Shown: piece by piece, positions 19,890 through 28,858 of the stretch
How the letters are laid out: each line of letters starts with the position of its first letter
How positions within the stretch are numbered: the stretch's first letter is position 1
Assembly: GCA_948909305.1 (NCBI GenBank)
Contig: CAQWRG010000005.1
Coordinates: 4,716 to 68,715 of the forward strand
DNA: 64,000 nt
DNA from: an uncultured Lachnospiraceae bacterium
Lineage (GTDB): Bacteria; Bacillota; Clostridia; Lachnospirales; Lachnospiraceae
Reading direction: 5' to 3'
Position numbers and translations under genes: made by a program
The notes under the pieces: generated by a model
Seen by the model: the letters and a program-made list of their open reading frames with translations, nothing else
Databases searched by the model: none
Told to the model about the DNA's origin: nothing

Positions 19890-21368
19890 ATGGAAATGAA
19901 AAATGTAATCTATGCTTGTCTGGACATTGCAGAATCAGCGGCTTTAGGAGGTCTGTTGGTTTATCTGATGAAAGGAATGCTGCCGGAGCGGTTTGTCTGG
20001 AAGGGGAAAATCCACGCTTCTTTCTTTTTTTGGCTGCAGTTTGTGGCGGCGCGTGAATTTTTGTCGTATTCAAACTTGGTGAAACGTCTGATTTACGGGG
20101 AGGGAATGCAGATTGCAAGCAGCAGGCAGAGCATAGCTCCTGTACTGGCAAGCTTGTGCATAACGCTTTTGGCGGGATTCCTATTGTATCGGGGAAGCCG
20201 CATAAAAGCAGTCTCTCTTGTGGCGGCGTTTTATGCTTTTTTGGAGCTGATACGGTTCTTTATGTATCCATTTGCGGTCTGGTGCATTGGCAGATGGGTG
20301 GATTGGTATACGGAGCGAAATTTTGTGGCAGAAAATGGCGATCTCGCTTTATATTATGCGGGAATTGAGCGGGTGGAGCTGTTTTGGAATGTGTCTCATG
20401 CTTGTCTGGCGTTTGCAGGGGTTTTAACGTGTGTTTTTTTGTATAAACGCGCGCTGGCGTCTGGCGGGACGGCATACCGGCCGGAAGAAGCGGCTGTTTT
20501 GTGCGTGCCGGAGCTGATGGGGCTGTCATTTACGGTAATGTTAAGGAGTATTTTGTTTTATTATGAAAAGGAAGTCTATAATCTGGTGGATCATTATCCG
20601 GAATTGAATGGAATGATCCCCTGTGTGGCGTTTCTTTGCATTGCATCTATTCTTTTAAATGTGAAAATGCTTGGAAAGGTGGAAAGAGAGCATGAGAAAA
20701 GGCGGCGGGCCGAGTTGTGCCAAAGCCGGGCGGAGGAGCTGTATGCGCATGTCAAAGATTTGGAAAGCGTAAATTTAAAAATACGGGGAATGAAGCATGA
20801 TTTAAAACATTATACGGCGGATATCCAGGCGCTTCTTTTGAAAATTGAATCTGGTGATATGTGGGCAAAAGAGGAACTGCGCCATTATGTGGATTCGATG
20901 CATCTGTCCTTAGAGCGGCTTGACAGTAAATGCCAGACGAACCACCCAGTTACAGACGTGATTATAGGGCGGTATGAGCGGCTGATGGAGCAAAAGCAGA
21001 TTTCATTTTCCTGTGATTTTATTTATCCAAAGCAGTTTGGCATTGATGTTTTTGATTTGAGCGTAATTTTAAACAATGGATTGGAAAACGCCTTAGAAGC
21101 GTGTGAACGGGAACCGGGAAAAGCAAAGGCTTCCATTCTGTCGAAACAGAAAGGGAATATGTTTTTTATTACGATTGAAAATACATGTTCAAAGCGGATG
21201 CGCTGGGGAGAGGAATTTCCTATTTCAGAGAAGCGCGAAAACGGACATGGGCTGGGCTTAAAAAATATAAAGGACTGCGCGGAACGGTATTTTGGCAGAG
21301 TATGCGTACAGATATTGGATAATCGGTTTATTTTGACGGTTATGCTTCAGGGGCAGTCTGTTCCATGA
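19890..21368 (+). CDS. Sensor histidine kinase, AgrC/LytS-like (HPK10-type, polytopic N-terminus, GHKL ATPase)
   Basis: Six or more TM helices, an H-box MKHDLKHY, and N/G boxes LENALEAC...ENGHGLGLKNI. Confidence 0.8.
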   Translation: MEMKNVIYACLDIAESAALGGLLVYLMKGMLPERFVWKGKIHASFFFWLQFVAAREFLSYSNLVKRLIYGEGMQIASSRQSIAPVLASLCITLLAGFLLYRGSRIKAVSLVAAFYAFLELIRFFMYPFAVWCIGRWVDWYTERNFVAENGDLALYYAGIERVELFWNVSHACLAFAGVLTCVFLYKRALASGGTAYRPEEAAVLCVPELMGLSFTVMLRSILFYYEKEVYNLVDHYPELNGMIPCVAFLCIASILLNVKMLGKVEREHEKRRRAELCQSRAEELYAHVKDLESVNLKIRGMKHDLKHYTADIQALLLKIESGDMWAKEELRHYVDSMHLSLERLDSKCQTNHPVTDVIIGRYERLMEQKQISFSCDFIYPKQFGIDVFDLSVILNNGLENALEACEREPGKAKASILSKQKGNMFFITIENTCSKRMRWGEEFPISEKRENGHGLGLKNIKDCAERYFGRVCVQILDNRFILTVMLQGQSVP

Positions 21369-21468
21369 CAAAAATAAGGTTATTTGTTACAAAGGACTGT
21401 ACATTCAAAAAGAGATTGCCGATACTAATAATACATCGTAAAAAACAGATTGCACAGGAGGGATTTTT

Positions 21469-22149
21469 ATGCGTATTACAAATCAGATGTTAGCCAGAAC
21501 AGCCCAAAAAAGCGGGATTCCACTACAGCAGACGTCTTTACTGGATATTATGAATAAGAAATCGGCGTCCGCTTCAGATTGGGCGTCTTCTCTGGGAAAT
21601 ACGAAAAATACAAATTCACTTCTCCAGAATTTAAGCGATAAGGAGAATAAAAAGTTAGGAGAGGCGGCAAAAAATTTAAGCGGTTATGCGGCAGGTCTCT
21701 TAGGAGACGGAGAAGATTCCCTGTTTGCGGAAGCGGAAAAAACGGGGGACACGAAAGAACTTGTGGATCACATTTCAGGCATGGTGGATTCTTATAATAA
21801 AACAATCAAACAGTTAAAAGGATCTGATTCAGCGCTGAATGGTTTTTATCTTCAGGAACTGAAAAACTATGCGGCAGAAAACGAAGATGCGTTAAAAGCG
21901 GCAGGCATTACGAGAAATAAGGACGGCAGCTTAAGCGTCGACAAAGATACGTTAAGCGCGGCAGGGCTTGACGTATTGAAAGCGGCGTTTGGGGGCGCTT
22001 CCGGTTTTACGGAAAAGGTAGGCTATGTCAGCGGCAGAGTGGCGGAAAATGCATCTGCGTACAGCAACAGCATTTTAAGCGGCTACAACAGCGCCGGAAA
22101 GGAAGCTCTTAGTTCCTACGCGAAGAATATGTACAATTTCTGGGGATAG
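21469..22149 (+). CDS. Hypothetical Ser/Gly/Ala-rich protein with a flagellin/FlgL-like N-terminal motif (MRITNQM)
   Basis: The N-terminus MRITNQMLARTAQ resembles the conserved start of the flagellin/HAP3 family. The rest has no flagellin D0/D1 signature. Confidence 0.35.
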   Translation: MRITNQMLARTAQKSGIPLQQTSLLDIMNKKSASASDWASSLGNTKNTNSLLQNLSDKENKKLGEAAKNLSGYAAGLLGDGEDSLFAEAEKTGDTKELVDHISGMVDSYNKTIKQLKGSDSALNGFYLQELKNYAAENEDALKAAGITRNKDGSLSVDKDTLSAAGLDVLKAAFGGASGFTEKVGYVSGRVAENASAYSNSILSGYNSAGKEALSSYAKNMYNFWG

Positions 22150-22566
22150 GTGAGGCTTATGGTAGGAAATGTAGGTCAGATTGTTGAGTCGATGAATGCG
22201 GCGAATAATGCGCGATCGGGGCAAAATACAGCGAATGCGGCGTCGCCGGATTTTAAGGATTATCTGGAAACGGCTCTGTTAAGTTCAAGAAACGGTCTGT
22301 TTTCCAGCGGATTGGGAGGCGGTTATTCGTACTTAAATCCGTTATCCGGCTCCGTCTGGCAGATAGCAATGTTAGAAGCTCTGCGGGACGAACTGAAAAA
22401 GGGACGTAAGTCAGAGGAGAAGGAAGGCGAAACCTTGAAGGAAGACGTTTCTTCTTCCCAGACGGAACAGACGAAAAAGGAAGACTGGGTCAGTATCCGC
22501 GTGATTCGGCGGTATCAGTCTCCACATAAGGAAGAAAGCGGCGGAAACGTCCGTGTTTTGGTTTAA
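22150..22566 (+). CDS. Hypothetical protein
   Basis: Tightly follows the previous gene (stop and start adjacent). No recognisable domain. Confidence 0.4.
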   Translation: MRLMVGNVGQIVESMNAANNARSGQNTANAASPDFKDYLETALLSSRNGLFSSGLGGGYSYLNPLSGSVWQIAMLEALRDELKKGRKSEEKEGETLKEDVSSSQTEQTKKEDWVSIRVIRRYQSPHKEESGGNVRVLV

Positions 22567-22603
22567 ATAATTTCATATGCGGTTCAAGTATCGGTAAAAA
22601 AGG

Positions 22604-22645
22604 GACAGACTATCATTGTAAATCAAGATAGTCTGTTTTTTGTTG
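22604..22645 (+). terminator. Intrinsic terminator
   Basis: ACAGACTATC and GATAGTCTGT form a 10-bp stem with a 12-nt loop, followed by TTTTTTGTTG. Confidence 0.65.
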
Positions 22646-22695
22646 TGTAAATTCTTCCATAATAATTTGTATCACAAAAAACAAAGGAGGAGAAT

Positions 22696-23313
22696 ATGGG
22701 AAACATATACGGATATGCACGTGTCAGTACGAGAGAGCAAAACGAGGACAGGCAGTTAATCGCATTACAGGAAGTTAGGGTGCCAAAACAAAATATTTAT
22801 TTGGATAAGCAGTCGGGCAGGGACTTCAACCGTCCGATGTATCTGCGCTTATTAAAAAAACTAAAAAGGGAGGATCTTCTTTATATACAGAGCATAGATC
22901 GCCTTGGAAGGAATTATGATGAAATTTTAGAGCAATGGAGAATCTTAACGAAAGAGAGAAAAGTGGATATTTCAGTGCTGGACATGCCCCTGCTGGATAC
23001 GAGGAGGGGGAAAGATTTAATGGGAACGTTTTTGAGTGACATTGTGCTTCAGGTATTGTCTTTTGTGGCGGAAAATGAGAGGAAATCAATCCGGCAGAGA
23101 CAGAGAGAAGGAATAGAAGCGGCCAAACTGCGCGGCGTGCAGTTTGGCAGGCCGAAACTGCCGATGCCGGAAAATTTTTTGGAAGCTTATGCAAGGTGGG
23201 TTTCAAAAGAAGTGTCGGGGGCAAAAGCGGCGGAACAATGCCATATGACAATGTCGACTTTTTACAGATGGGCGAATCAAAGAAAAGAGCAGGAAAGCAG
23301 GGAAGAAAAATAA
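22696..23313 (+). CDS. Small serine recombinase (resolvase/invertase family, Hin/Gin-like) with a C-terminal HTH
   Basis: N-terminal catalytic motif YGYARVSTREQNEDRQ (Ser nucleophile) and C-terminal HTH MTMSTFYRWANQ. An IR-flanked invertible segment starts 11 nt downstream. Confidence 0.85.
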   Translation: MGNIYGYARVSTREQNEDRQLIALQEVRVPKQNIYLDKQSGRDFNRPMYLRLLKKLKREDLLYIQSIDRLGRNYDEILEQWRILTKERKVDISVLDMPLLDTRRGKDLMGTFLSDIVLQVLSFVAENERKSIRQRQREGIEAAKLRGVQFGRPKLPMPENFLEAYARWVSKEVSGAKAAEQCHMTMSTFYRWANQRKEQESREEK

Positions 23314-23323
23314 AATAGATTTC

Positions 23324-23348
23324 CAGAAAGTGTACCTTTTGCAAAAAT
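23324..23348. repeat. Left inverted repeat of the invertible segment (core AAAGTGTACCTTTTG)
   Basis: Positions 23327-23341 are the perfect reverse complement of 23450-23464. Flanking bases extend the match imperfectly to about 21-25 bp. Confidence 0.75.
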
Positions 23349-23443
23349 CTGTAACATACATACTTTTAATTATTTTAATATAAAATCGACAAAAAGGCAA
23401 TAGAATTGACATTATTTTTGGGATTTGGAGCGTGGAGAGCTGG
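23349..23443. promoter_or_regulatory. Invertible DNA segment (inverton) carrying a promoter currently pointing leftward (OFF for the downstream operon)
   Basis: The segment between the inverted repeats contains, on the minus strand, TTGCCT (23395-23400) - 17 nt - TAAAAT (23372-23377). Inversion would aim it at the 23601 operon. Confidence 0.6.
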
Positions 23444-23468
23444 TTTTCAAAAGGTACACTTTTTGAAA
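23444..23468. repeat. Right inverted repeat of the invertible segment
   Basis: CAAAAGGTACACTTT (23448-23462) is the reverse complement of the left core. Confidence 0.75.
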
Positions 23469-23600
23469 AATGAAGTGAGTAAATTAGAAAAAATAGTCCA
23501 TTTAGAGTTGCAAAATAGATGAAAGAGAGGAGGAGTAACGGAAGCGGTTCTTATGATGCAACAGATTATATCAAATAAAAATGTTTAAGGAGAGGATACA

Positions 23601-24056
23601 ATGGCAAAGGAAATTAAATCGTTTAAAGTACATCCTGATTATGAAGAAGCGGAAATAAATTTTCGAAGAAAAGTGGGGTGGGAATTTATAAGCACACAAG
23701 AAATTTATAACAAAGACACCCATATGGAAGGAGGTATTTTCACTGATACTGTAACGAGTGTAACTGAGACAACGCATTTTGTAAAACTTACATTCCAGAG
23801 GGAGACGGAAAATGTAAACCCAGAGTTAATATCTTTGGAAAGGCAGATAGATAATATGCGTCCTCCAGAGGAACCACATACTTGGGGAACCATGGCTTTG
23901 ATTGTAGGGTTTATGCTCTATGTGCTTCCGGGAATATTTATGATGTCATCTAATAAAAAGAAGAAGCAGGAATATGAGCGCGTTTATTCTGAATATCAAA
24001 ATGAGTTCAGGCGGCTGCTTGCCCGTGTAGATGAACTTCAAATGGTGAAATCTTAA
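23601..24056 (+). CDS. Hypothetical membrane protein, first gene downstream of the inverton
   Basis: RBS AAGGAGAGG. One TM segment (WGTMALIVGFMLYVLPGIFMM). No known domain. Confidence 0.5.
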   Translation: MAKEIKSFKVHPDYEEAEINFRRKVGWEFISTQEIYNKDTHMEGGIFTDTVTSVTETTHFVKLTFQRETENVNPELISLERQIDNMRPPEEPHTWGTMALIVGFMLYVLPGIFMMSSNKKKKQEYERVYSEYQNEFRRLLARVDELQMVKS

Positions 24057-24076
24057 AGAAAGATAAGGAGAGCGCA

Positions 24077-24955
24077 ATGGAAAACAAAAAATATGCCCAG
24101 ATTCAGTATGATCCGGAAGATTTGCATAATGCCGCAGTCAAAGAAGTGACAGATCAGGGGGCAGAGGAATCTTTACTTGTCAACGAACTGGCGGAACAAG
24201 TTAAAGAGATGGCGCAAAGCGTGGAAATTCATTCAGAAAAAGAGGAAAAGAAAGCCCCTGATGTAATGGACGTGTTTGCGGGGGAAGCTGTGGCAGTGGA
24301 AGAATTTCCGGCAGAAATGGAGACGGAACTAGAAAAAGAGACGGAAGCAGAAAAGAAGACGGCGCCAGAAAAGGAGATGGAACTGGAAAAAGAGCGCGTT
24401 TCCGGTGAAAAAGAGCCGACGCAGGAAAGCGTTTTATATGAAGAATCGGATATTAAGAATATAAAAGAGGATATTGCATGTATTTATGGCGTAATGCGTC
24501 GTTTGGAGAAAAAATTTGAAGCGGAGATACTGGATTCGCAGAATAAGGCGGAAGCGGTCAAGAGTATCTATAAAGAGCTCAATGAGTATAAAGCGGGCCT
24601 TGTAGAAAAGGCGTTAAAAAATGTCCTTTATGACATCATTGACATGCGTGAAATGATGTTTTCTAAAGTGAAATTTGTCCGGGAGAAAGAAGGAAAAGAT
24701 ATGATTCCGCTAGAGGAGTTTGAATCTTATGCGGACGATATTGGAGATATTTTAGAAAAGCATGAGGTAACGATTTATAAAGGTGAGACGGGGGTGGAAA
24801 ATACAGCAGTCAGACAGAAGATTGTCCGAAAAGTAGAGACTGCCGACGCATCAATGGTAAAAAAAGTAGCGGAAAGCTTGAGTTATGGATATGAGTACAA
24901 TGGTAAAATCATTTACCCAGAAAAAATTAGTATTTATGTAAAAAGTAAAGAGTAA
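24077..24955 (+). CDS. GrpE-like nucleotide-exchange-factor homolog (acidic coiled-coil N-terminus, GrpE-type C-terminal domain)
   Basis: The C-terminus (..LEKHEVTIYKGETGVENTAVRQKIVRKVETADASMVKKVAESLSYGYEYNGKIIYPEKISIYVK) follows the GrpE pattern L.K.GVe.i...G..FDP..H.A.......g.V.ev.qkGY.l.drvlRPA.V.V.K. The N-terminus is Glu-rich. Confidence 0.55.
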   Translation: MENKKYAQIQYDPEDLHNAAVKEVTDQGAEESLLVNELAEQVKEMAQSVEIHSEKEEKKAPDVMDVFAGEAVAVEEFPAEMETELEKETEAEKKTAPEKEMELEKERVSGEKEPTQESVLYEESDIKNIKEDIACIYGVMRRLEKKFEAEILDSQNKAEAVKSIYKELNEYKAGLVEKALKNVLYDIIDMREMMFSKVKFVREKEGKDMIPLEEFESYADDIGDILEKHEVTIYKGETGVENTAVRQKIVRKVETADASMVKKVAESLSYGYEYNGKIIYPEKISIYVKSKE

Positions 24956-24969
24956 AAGAGGTAGATATT

Positions 24970-26718
24970 ATGGAAAATAAAGCATTTGGCATTGACCTTG
25001 GAACGACCTATTCTTGTATTAGTTATGTAGATGATATTTCAGGAGAGCCGGTTGTAGTAGATAACAGTGAAGGGACTAATGTAACGCCGTCCATTGTGTG
25101 TTTTGAAGATGAGGACACTATTGTTGTCGGCAACGTTGCAAAAGAAACGGCAGTGGTATCGCCGGAAGCCACCTGTGAATTTGTGAAGCGCAGAATGGGG
25201 GTGGATAAGGTAGCGATTACATATAATGGAACAGATTATTCCCCAGAGCAGATTTCTTCTTTGATTTTAAAAAAACTGGTGAAAGATGCGGAAGAAGCCC
25301 TAGATACAAAAATCAAGGATGTTGTAATCACCTGTCCCGCTTATTTTGGGATTGCAGAGAAAACAGCGACGGAAAATGCCGGGAAAATGGCAGGTTTAAA
25401 TGTGCTTGAAATTATCAATGAGCCGACGGCGGCCGCGCTTTGTTATGGAAGCCTCCGCGACGTAGAAGACAAAACGATACTAGTCTATGACTTGGGCGGC
25501 GGCACGTTTGATGTAACGATTATCCGCGTTACTCCGGAAGAAATTGTCGCAATCGCAACGGACGGCGACCATCAGTTGGGCGGAAAAGACTGGGACACGG
25601 CAGTGATGAACTGTGTGGAGGAAGTATTTCGTGACCAAAAATCGTTTGACGATGAATTTGATTTAGAAGCCCAGCAGGATTTGCGTCTGCGGGCGGAAAA
25701 AGCAAAACAGCAGCTTACAGGGAGGCCGAAAACAAAAGTAATCGTACAGGCTTCCGGCGCAAAGGCAAATATAGAATTTACAAGAGATGAGTTTGATGAA
25801 ATCACAAGCGCGCTCCTTAGCCAGACATTAGATAAAACAAAAGCTGCGATTGAAGCGGCTGAAAAAAAAGGCGTGACAAAAATAGATGAAATTATTTTAG
25901 TGGGCGGTTCCTGTAAAATGCCTCAGGTACGCGCGGCAGTGGAAGGCGCTTATCCTGATATTCCGGTTAAGATGTTCGAGCCGAATACGGCAGTTGCAAA
26001 AGGCGCTGCGCTTCATGCGGAGGCATTGTCTAAAGGACACGTCGAGTTACAAAAATGGCGGGATGAACTAAAAGAAGCGGTGGAAAACCTGAATAAAGAC
26101 AGGGCGCAGGAAGATAAAATTGATATTGACACACTGACGGAGGATACGATTTCCAAGGAGGACATGGAAGCGATCAAGAAAGAAGTGGAAAAGAACGGCG
26201 GCGATGCGCAGAAGGTGAAATTTGCCATTGGCGGGAAAGCCAGAGAAGGCGGCAAACAAGGCCCCGTGTTAAGAAATATCACATCGAAAAGTTTTGGCGT
26301 CCAGATCGTAAGAGATGAAATGGTAGACGGTAAAATGGAAATGGTGTATAAGATTGCGAATTTAATCCAAAAACAGGATGCTGTGCCTGTAACAGTGACA
26401 CAGGAATTTGGAACGGCATATGCCAATATGGAAAATGCGGAAATCGTTGTGTTTGAAACAGAGGTGACGGAAGAAGTCTATGACGTAGGATCGAATAGGG
26501 CTTTGGGCGCAGCAGTTTTAAATCTTCCGCCCAATTTGCCGGAAGGGGCGCCAATTCAGATTACATTCAGTTTGTCGACCGACGGCCTGTTAAGTATGAA
26601 AGGCGTGGATATGACTTCTAATCAGGAAGTGAAAACGATCTTAAAGACGGGTAGTATTTTGACAGAGGAAGACGTGGCGGCGCAGACGCAGGCGTTAAAG
26701 GGAATCCGCCTGAATTAA
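24970..26718 (+). CDS. Non-canonical Hsp70-family ATPase (DnaK-like nucleotide-binding domain, divergent C-terminal region)
   Basis: Hsp70 signatures IDLGTTYSCI, ITCPAYFGIAEKTATENAGKMAGLNVLEIINEPTAAALCYG and VYDLGGGTFDVTII. The C-terminal ~200 aa is unlike the canonical substrate-binding domain and lacks an EEVD tail. Confidence 0.85.
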   Translation: MENKAFGIDLGTTYSCISYVDDISGEPVVVDNSEGTNVTPSIVCFEDEDTIVVGNVAKETAVVSPEATCEFVKRRMGVDKVAITYNGTDYSPEQISSLILKKLVKDAEEALDTKIKDVVITCPAYFGIAEKTATENAGKMAGLNVLEIINEPTAAALCYGSLRDVEDKTILVYDLGGGTFDVTIIRVTPEEIVAIATDGDHQLGGKDWDTAVMNCVEEVFRDQKSFDDEFDLEAQQDLRLRAEKAKQQLTGRPKTKVIVQASGAKANIEFTRDEFDEITSALLSQTLDKTKAAIEAAEKKGVTKIDEIILVGGSCKMPQVRAAVEGAYPDIPVKMFEPNTAVAKGAALHAEALSKGHVELQKWRDELKEAVENLNKDRAQEDKIDIDTLTEDTISKEDMEAIKKEVEKNGGDAQKVKFAIGGKAREGGKQGPVLRNITSKSFGVQIVRDEMVDGKMEMVYKIANLIQKQDAVPVTVTQEFGTAYANMENAEIVVFETEVTEEVYDVGSNRALGAAVLNLPPNLPEGAPIQITFSLSTDGLLSMKGVDMTSNQEVKTILKTGSILTEEDVAAQTQALKGIRLN

Positions 26719-26743
26719 ATTAAAACAATGTGGGGGAAATGAA

Positions 26744-28840
26744 ATGAGAGTAGGAATAGATCTTGGAACAACATACTGCGCAATCGCTTATATTGACCCT
26801 AAAACGGGGAAGGCGAAAGTGATTCAGAACAGCGAAGGAAAATCCATCACGCCTTCCGTACTCTATTTTGATCCAAATGGGTCAGTTTTGCATGGAGAAG
26901 AAGCGAAAGCCTATGTGGAAGAAGGGTCTGACCGCACAGCGAATTATTTTAAATATTATATGGGTGACGAAACGTATGCGATCTGCCAGAATGGCAGAGA
27001 TTATACAGCGGTTGATCTTTCGGCTGAACTTTTAAAGGGCATTGTAAAAGAGGCGGAACAGGAAACGGGAGAACATATAGGGGAAGCGGTGATAACAGTT
27101 CCGGCGTATTTTAACCACCTTCAGCGTCAGGCGACGATGCGCGCGGGGCAGAACGCAGGCCTTACTGTTTTAAATATCATTAGTGAGCCGACAGCGGCCG
27201 TGTTCGCTTATGGGATACACGGTTCAGGGATAAACCAGACGGTTTTAGTCTATGACTTGGGCGGCGGCACATTTGACGTGACAATCGCCCGTATTACAGA
27301 CGATAGGATCGATGTGTTAGGTACGGACGGGGATCATAGGCTTGGCGGGAAAAACTGGGACGACGCTCTTTCAAATTACCTCGCAGATTGTTTTTATGAT
27401 GAATTTGGCATAGACGTTGGCAAAGATACAGAAAGAAATATTATGCTTCAGGCAATTTCCGAAAATACAAAAAAACAGCTTACGGAAAAGAAAAGCGCTA
27501 AAGCAGTGATTTACTGTAAGGGATGTAGAGGCGCGTATGAAATTACAGACGAGATTTTTGCAGAGATTACGTCCTATAATTTAAACCGGACAAAAGACAT
27601 TATACAAAAACTCTTTGATGAGCTTCAAATAGGCTGGGAGCAGATTGACGGCGTACTGCTTGTGGGCGGCTCTACACGCATGAAGCAGGTGAAAACATAT
27701 CTAACGGATATGTGTGGAAAACCTCCAATGAACGGCGTTAATGTAGATGAAGCTGTCGCGCTTGGAGCCGCAATCCGCGCTAATATTGACCGCAATGGCT
27801 TGGCGGCGCCGGTTGAATCAGGCAGTTTGTTTTCGATTGGCGGTTCTGTCTCAAAACCGCAGTTTTCCATTGCTGGAGCGAAGAAAATAAGCGATGCCAC
27901 GGCGCACAGCATGGGAATGATTGCTGTCAGCCAAGACGGGGAACGGTTTGTCAACAGCATAATGATAAAAAAGAATTCCAAGATTCCGTCGGAAGTTACA
28001 AAGTCATATGAGCTTGGCGTTTCTAAGAAACAGGAAAACCGTTTGGAGGTATACATGCTTCAGGGAGAGGAGGAAACGCTTGTATGGCCGCTAAATTGTA
28101 CAGTTCTTGGAAAGTATGTTTTTACAGGCATACAGGCAGGCGGGCAGAGAAAAGAAACGATCGATGTAACTTTTTATTATGATGAAAATAATATAGTCAA
28201 TGTCACGGCAAGGCAAAAAAGGACGGGGAGCCTTTTGGATTTGAAGATTGAACAGGCAGAAGATGACATGGACTGGGTTGTGGGAAACCCAAAAAACAGG
28301 GAAGGAACTTCTATGCCGCCCGAGCTGGCAGTTCTTTTAGCGGTCGATTTATCTGGGAGCATGGAAGGCGAAGGGATTACGGAAGCAAGAAAGGCGGCAG
28401 TCAGCTTTGTCAGGCAATTTGATATGGAGTATACAAAAATTGGGATTATCAATTTTGCAAACCAGTCGATTTTATATCAGCCATTGACTGATGACAGAAA
28501 CAGGCTGATTGTAAAAATCCAAGATTGGGAGATTAATGGAGACAATATTGGATATGGGACAAGCGCGGAACCCTTCACGCTTGCGTATGAAGTGCTAAAT
28601 TCCTATGAAACGGATATGAAATACGTCATTGTTTTAACGGACGGGTTTTGGAAATTTCAGGATCTTGCGATAGCGGCTGCGAAAAAATGTCATAAAAATA
28701 ATATGGAAGTGATTGCGCTTGGATTTGCGGATGCAAATACAGAATTTTTGGATGCAATCGCTTCCAGAAAAGATTTTTCAGCGTTTACAGATCTTTCTGA
28801 ATTAGAGACAACGCTGACCGGCATTGCGAAGATGATGTAA
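26744..28840 (+). CDS. Non-canonical Hsp70-family ATPase fused to a C-terminal von Willebrand factor A (vWA) domain
   Basis: Hsp70 motifs IDLGTTYCAI, ITVPAYFNHLQRQATMRAGQNAGLTVLNIISEPTAAVFAYG and VYDLGGGTFDVTIA. The C-terminal vWA has the MIDAS LAVDLSGSM...VIVLTDGFW. Confidence 0.85.
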   Translation: MRVGIDLGTTYCAIAYIDPKTGKAKVIQNSEGKSITPSVLYFDPNGSVLHGEEAKAYVEEGSDRTANYFKYYMGDETYAICQNGRDYTAVDLSAELLKGIVKEAEQETGEHIGEAVITVPAYFNHLQRQATMRAGQNAGLTVLNIISEPTAAVFAYGIHGSGINQTVLVYDLGGGTFDVTIARITDDRIDVLGTDGDHRLGGKNWDDALSNYLADCFYDEFGIDVGKDTERNIMLQAISENTKKQLTEKKSAKAVIYCKGCRGAYEITDEIFAEITSYNLNRTKDIIQKLFDELQIGWEQIDGVLLVGGSTRMKQVKTYLTDMCGKPPMNGVNVDEAVALGAAIRANIDRNGLAAPVESGSLFSIGGSVSKPQFSIAGAKKISDATAHSMGMIAVSQDGERFVNSIMIKKNSKIPSEVTKSYELGVSKKQENRLEVYMLQGEEETLVWPLNCTVLGKYVFTGIQAGGQRKETIDVTFYYDENNIVNVTARQKRTGSLLDLKIEQAEDDMDWVVGNPKNREGTSMPPELAVLLAVDLSGSMEGEGITEARKAAVSFVRQFDMEYTKIGIINFANQSILYQPLTDDRNRLIVKIQDWEINGDNIGYGTSAEPFTLAYEVLNSYETDMKYVIVLTDGFWKFQDLAIAAAKKCHKNNMEVIALGFADANTEFLDAIASRKDFSAFTDLSELETTLTGIAKMM

Positions 28841-28858
28841 TGGTAAGAGGAGAGAGAA

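Noticed and set aside
23520-23579. A 19-codon ORF (MKERRSNGSGSYDATDYIK) between the right inverted repeat and the 23601 gene.
   Set aside because: It is too short, has no RBS and overlaps the RBS region of the next gene. It is probably leader sequence.
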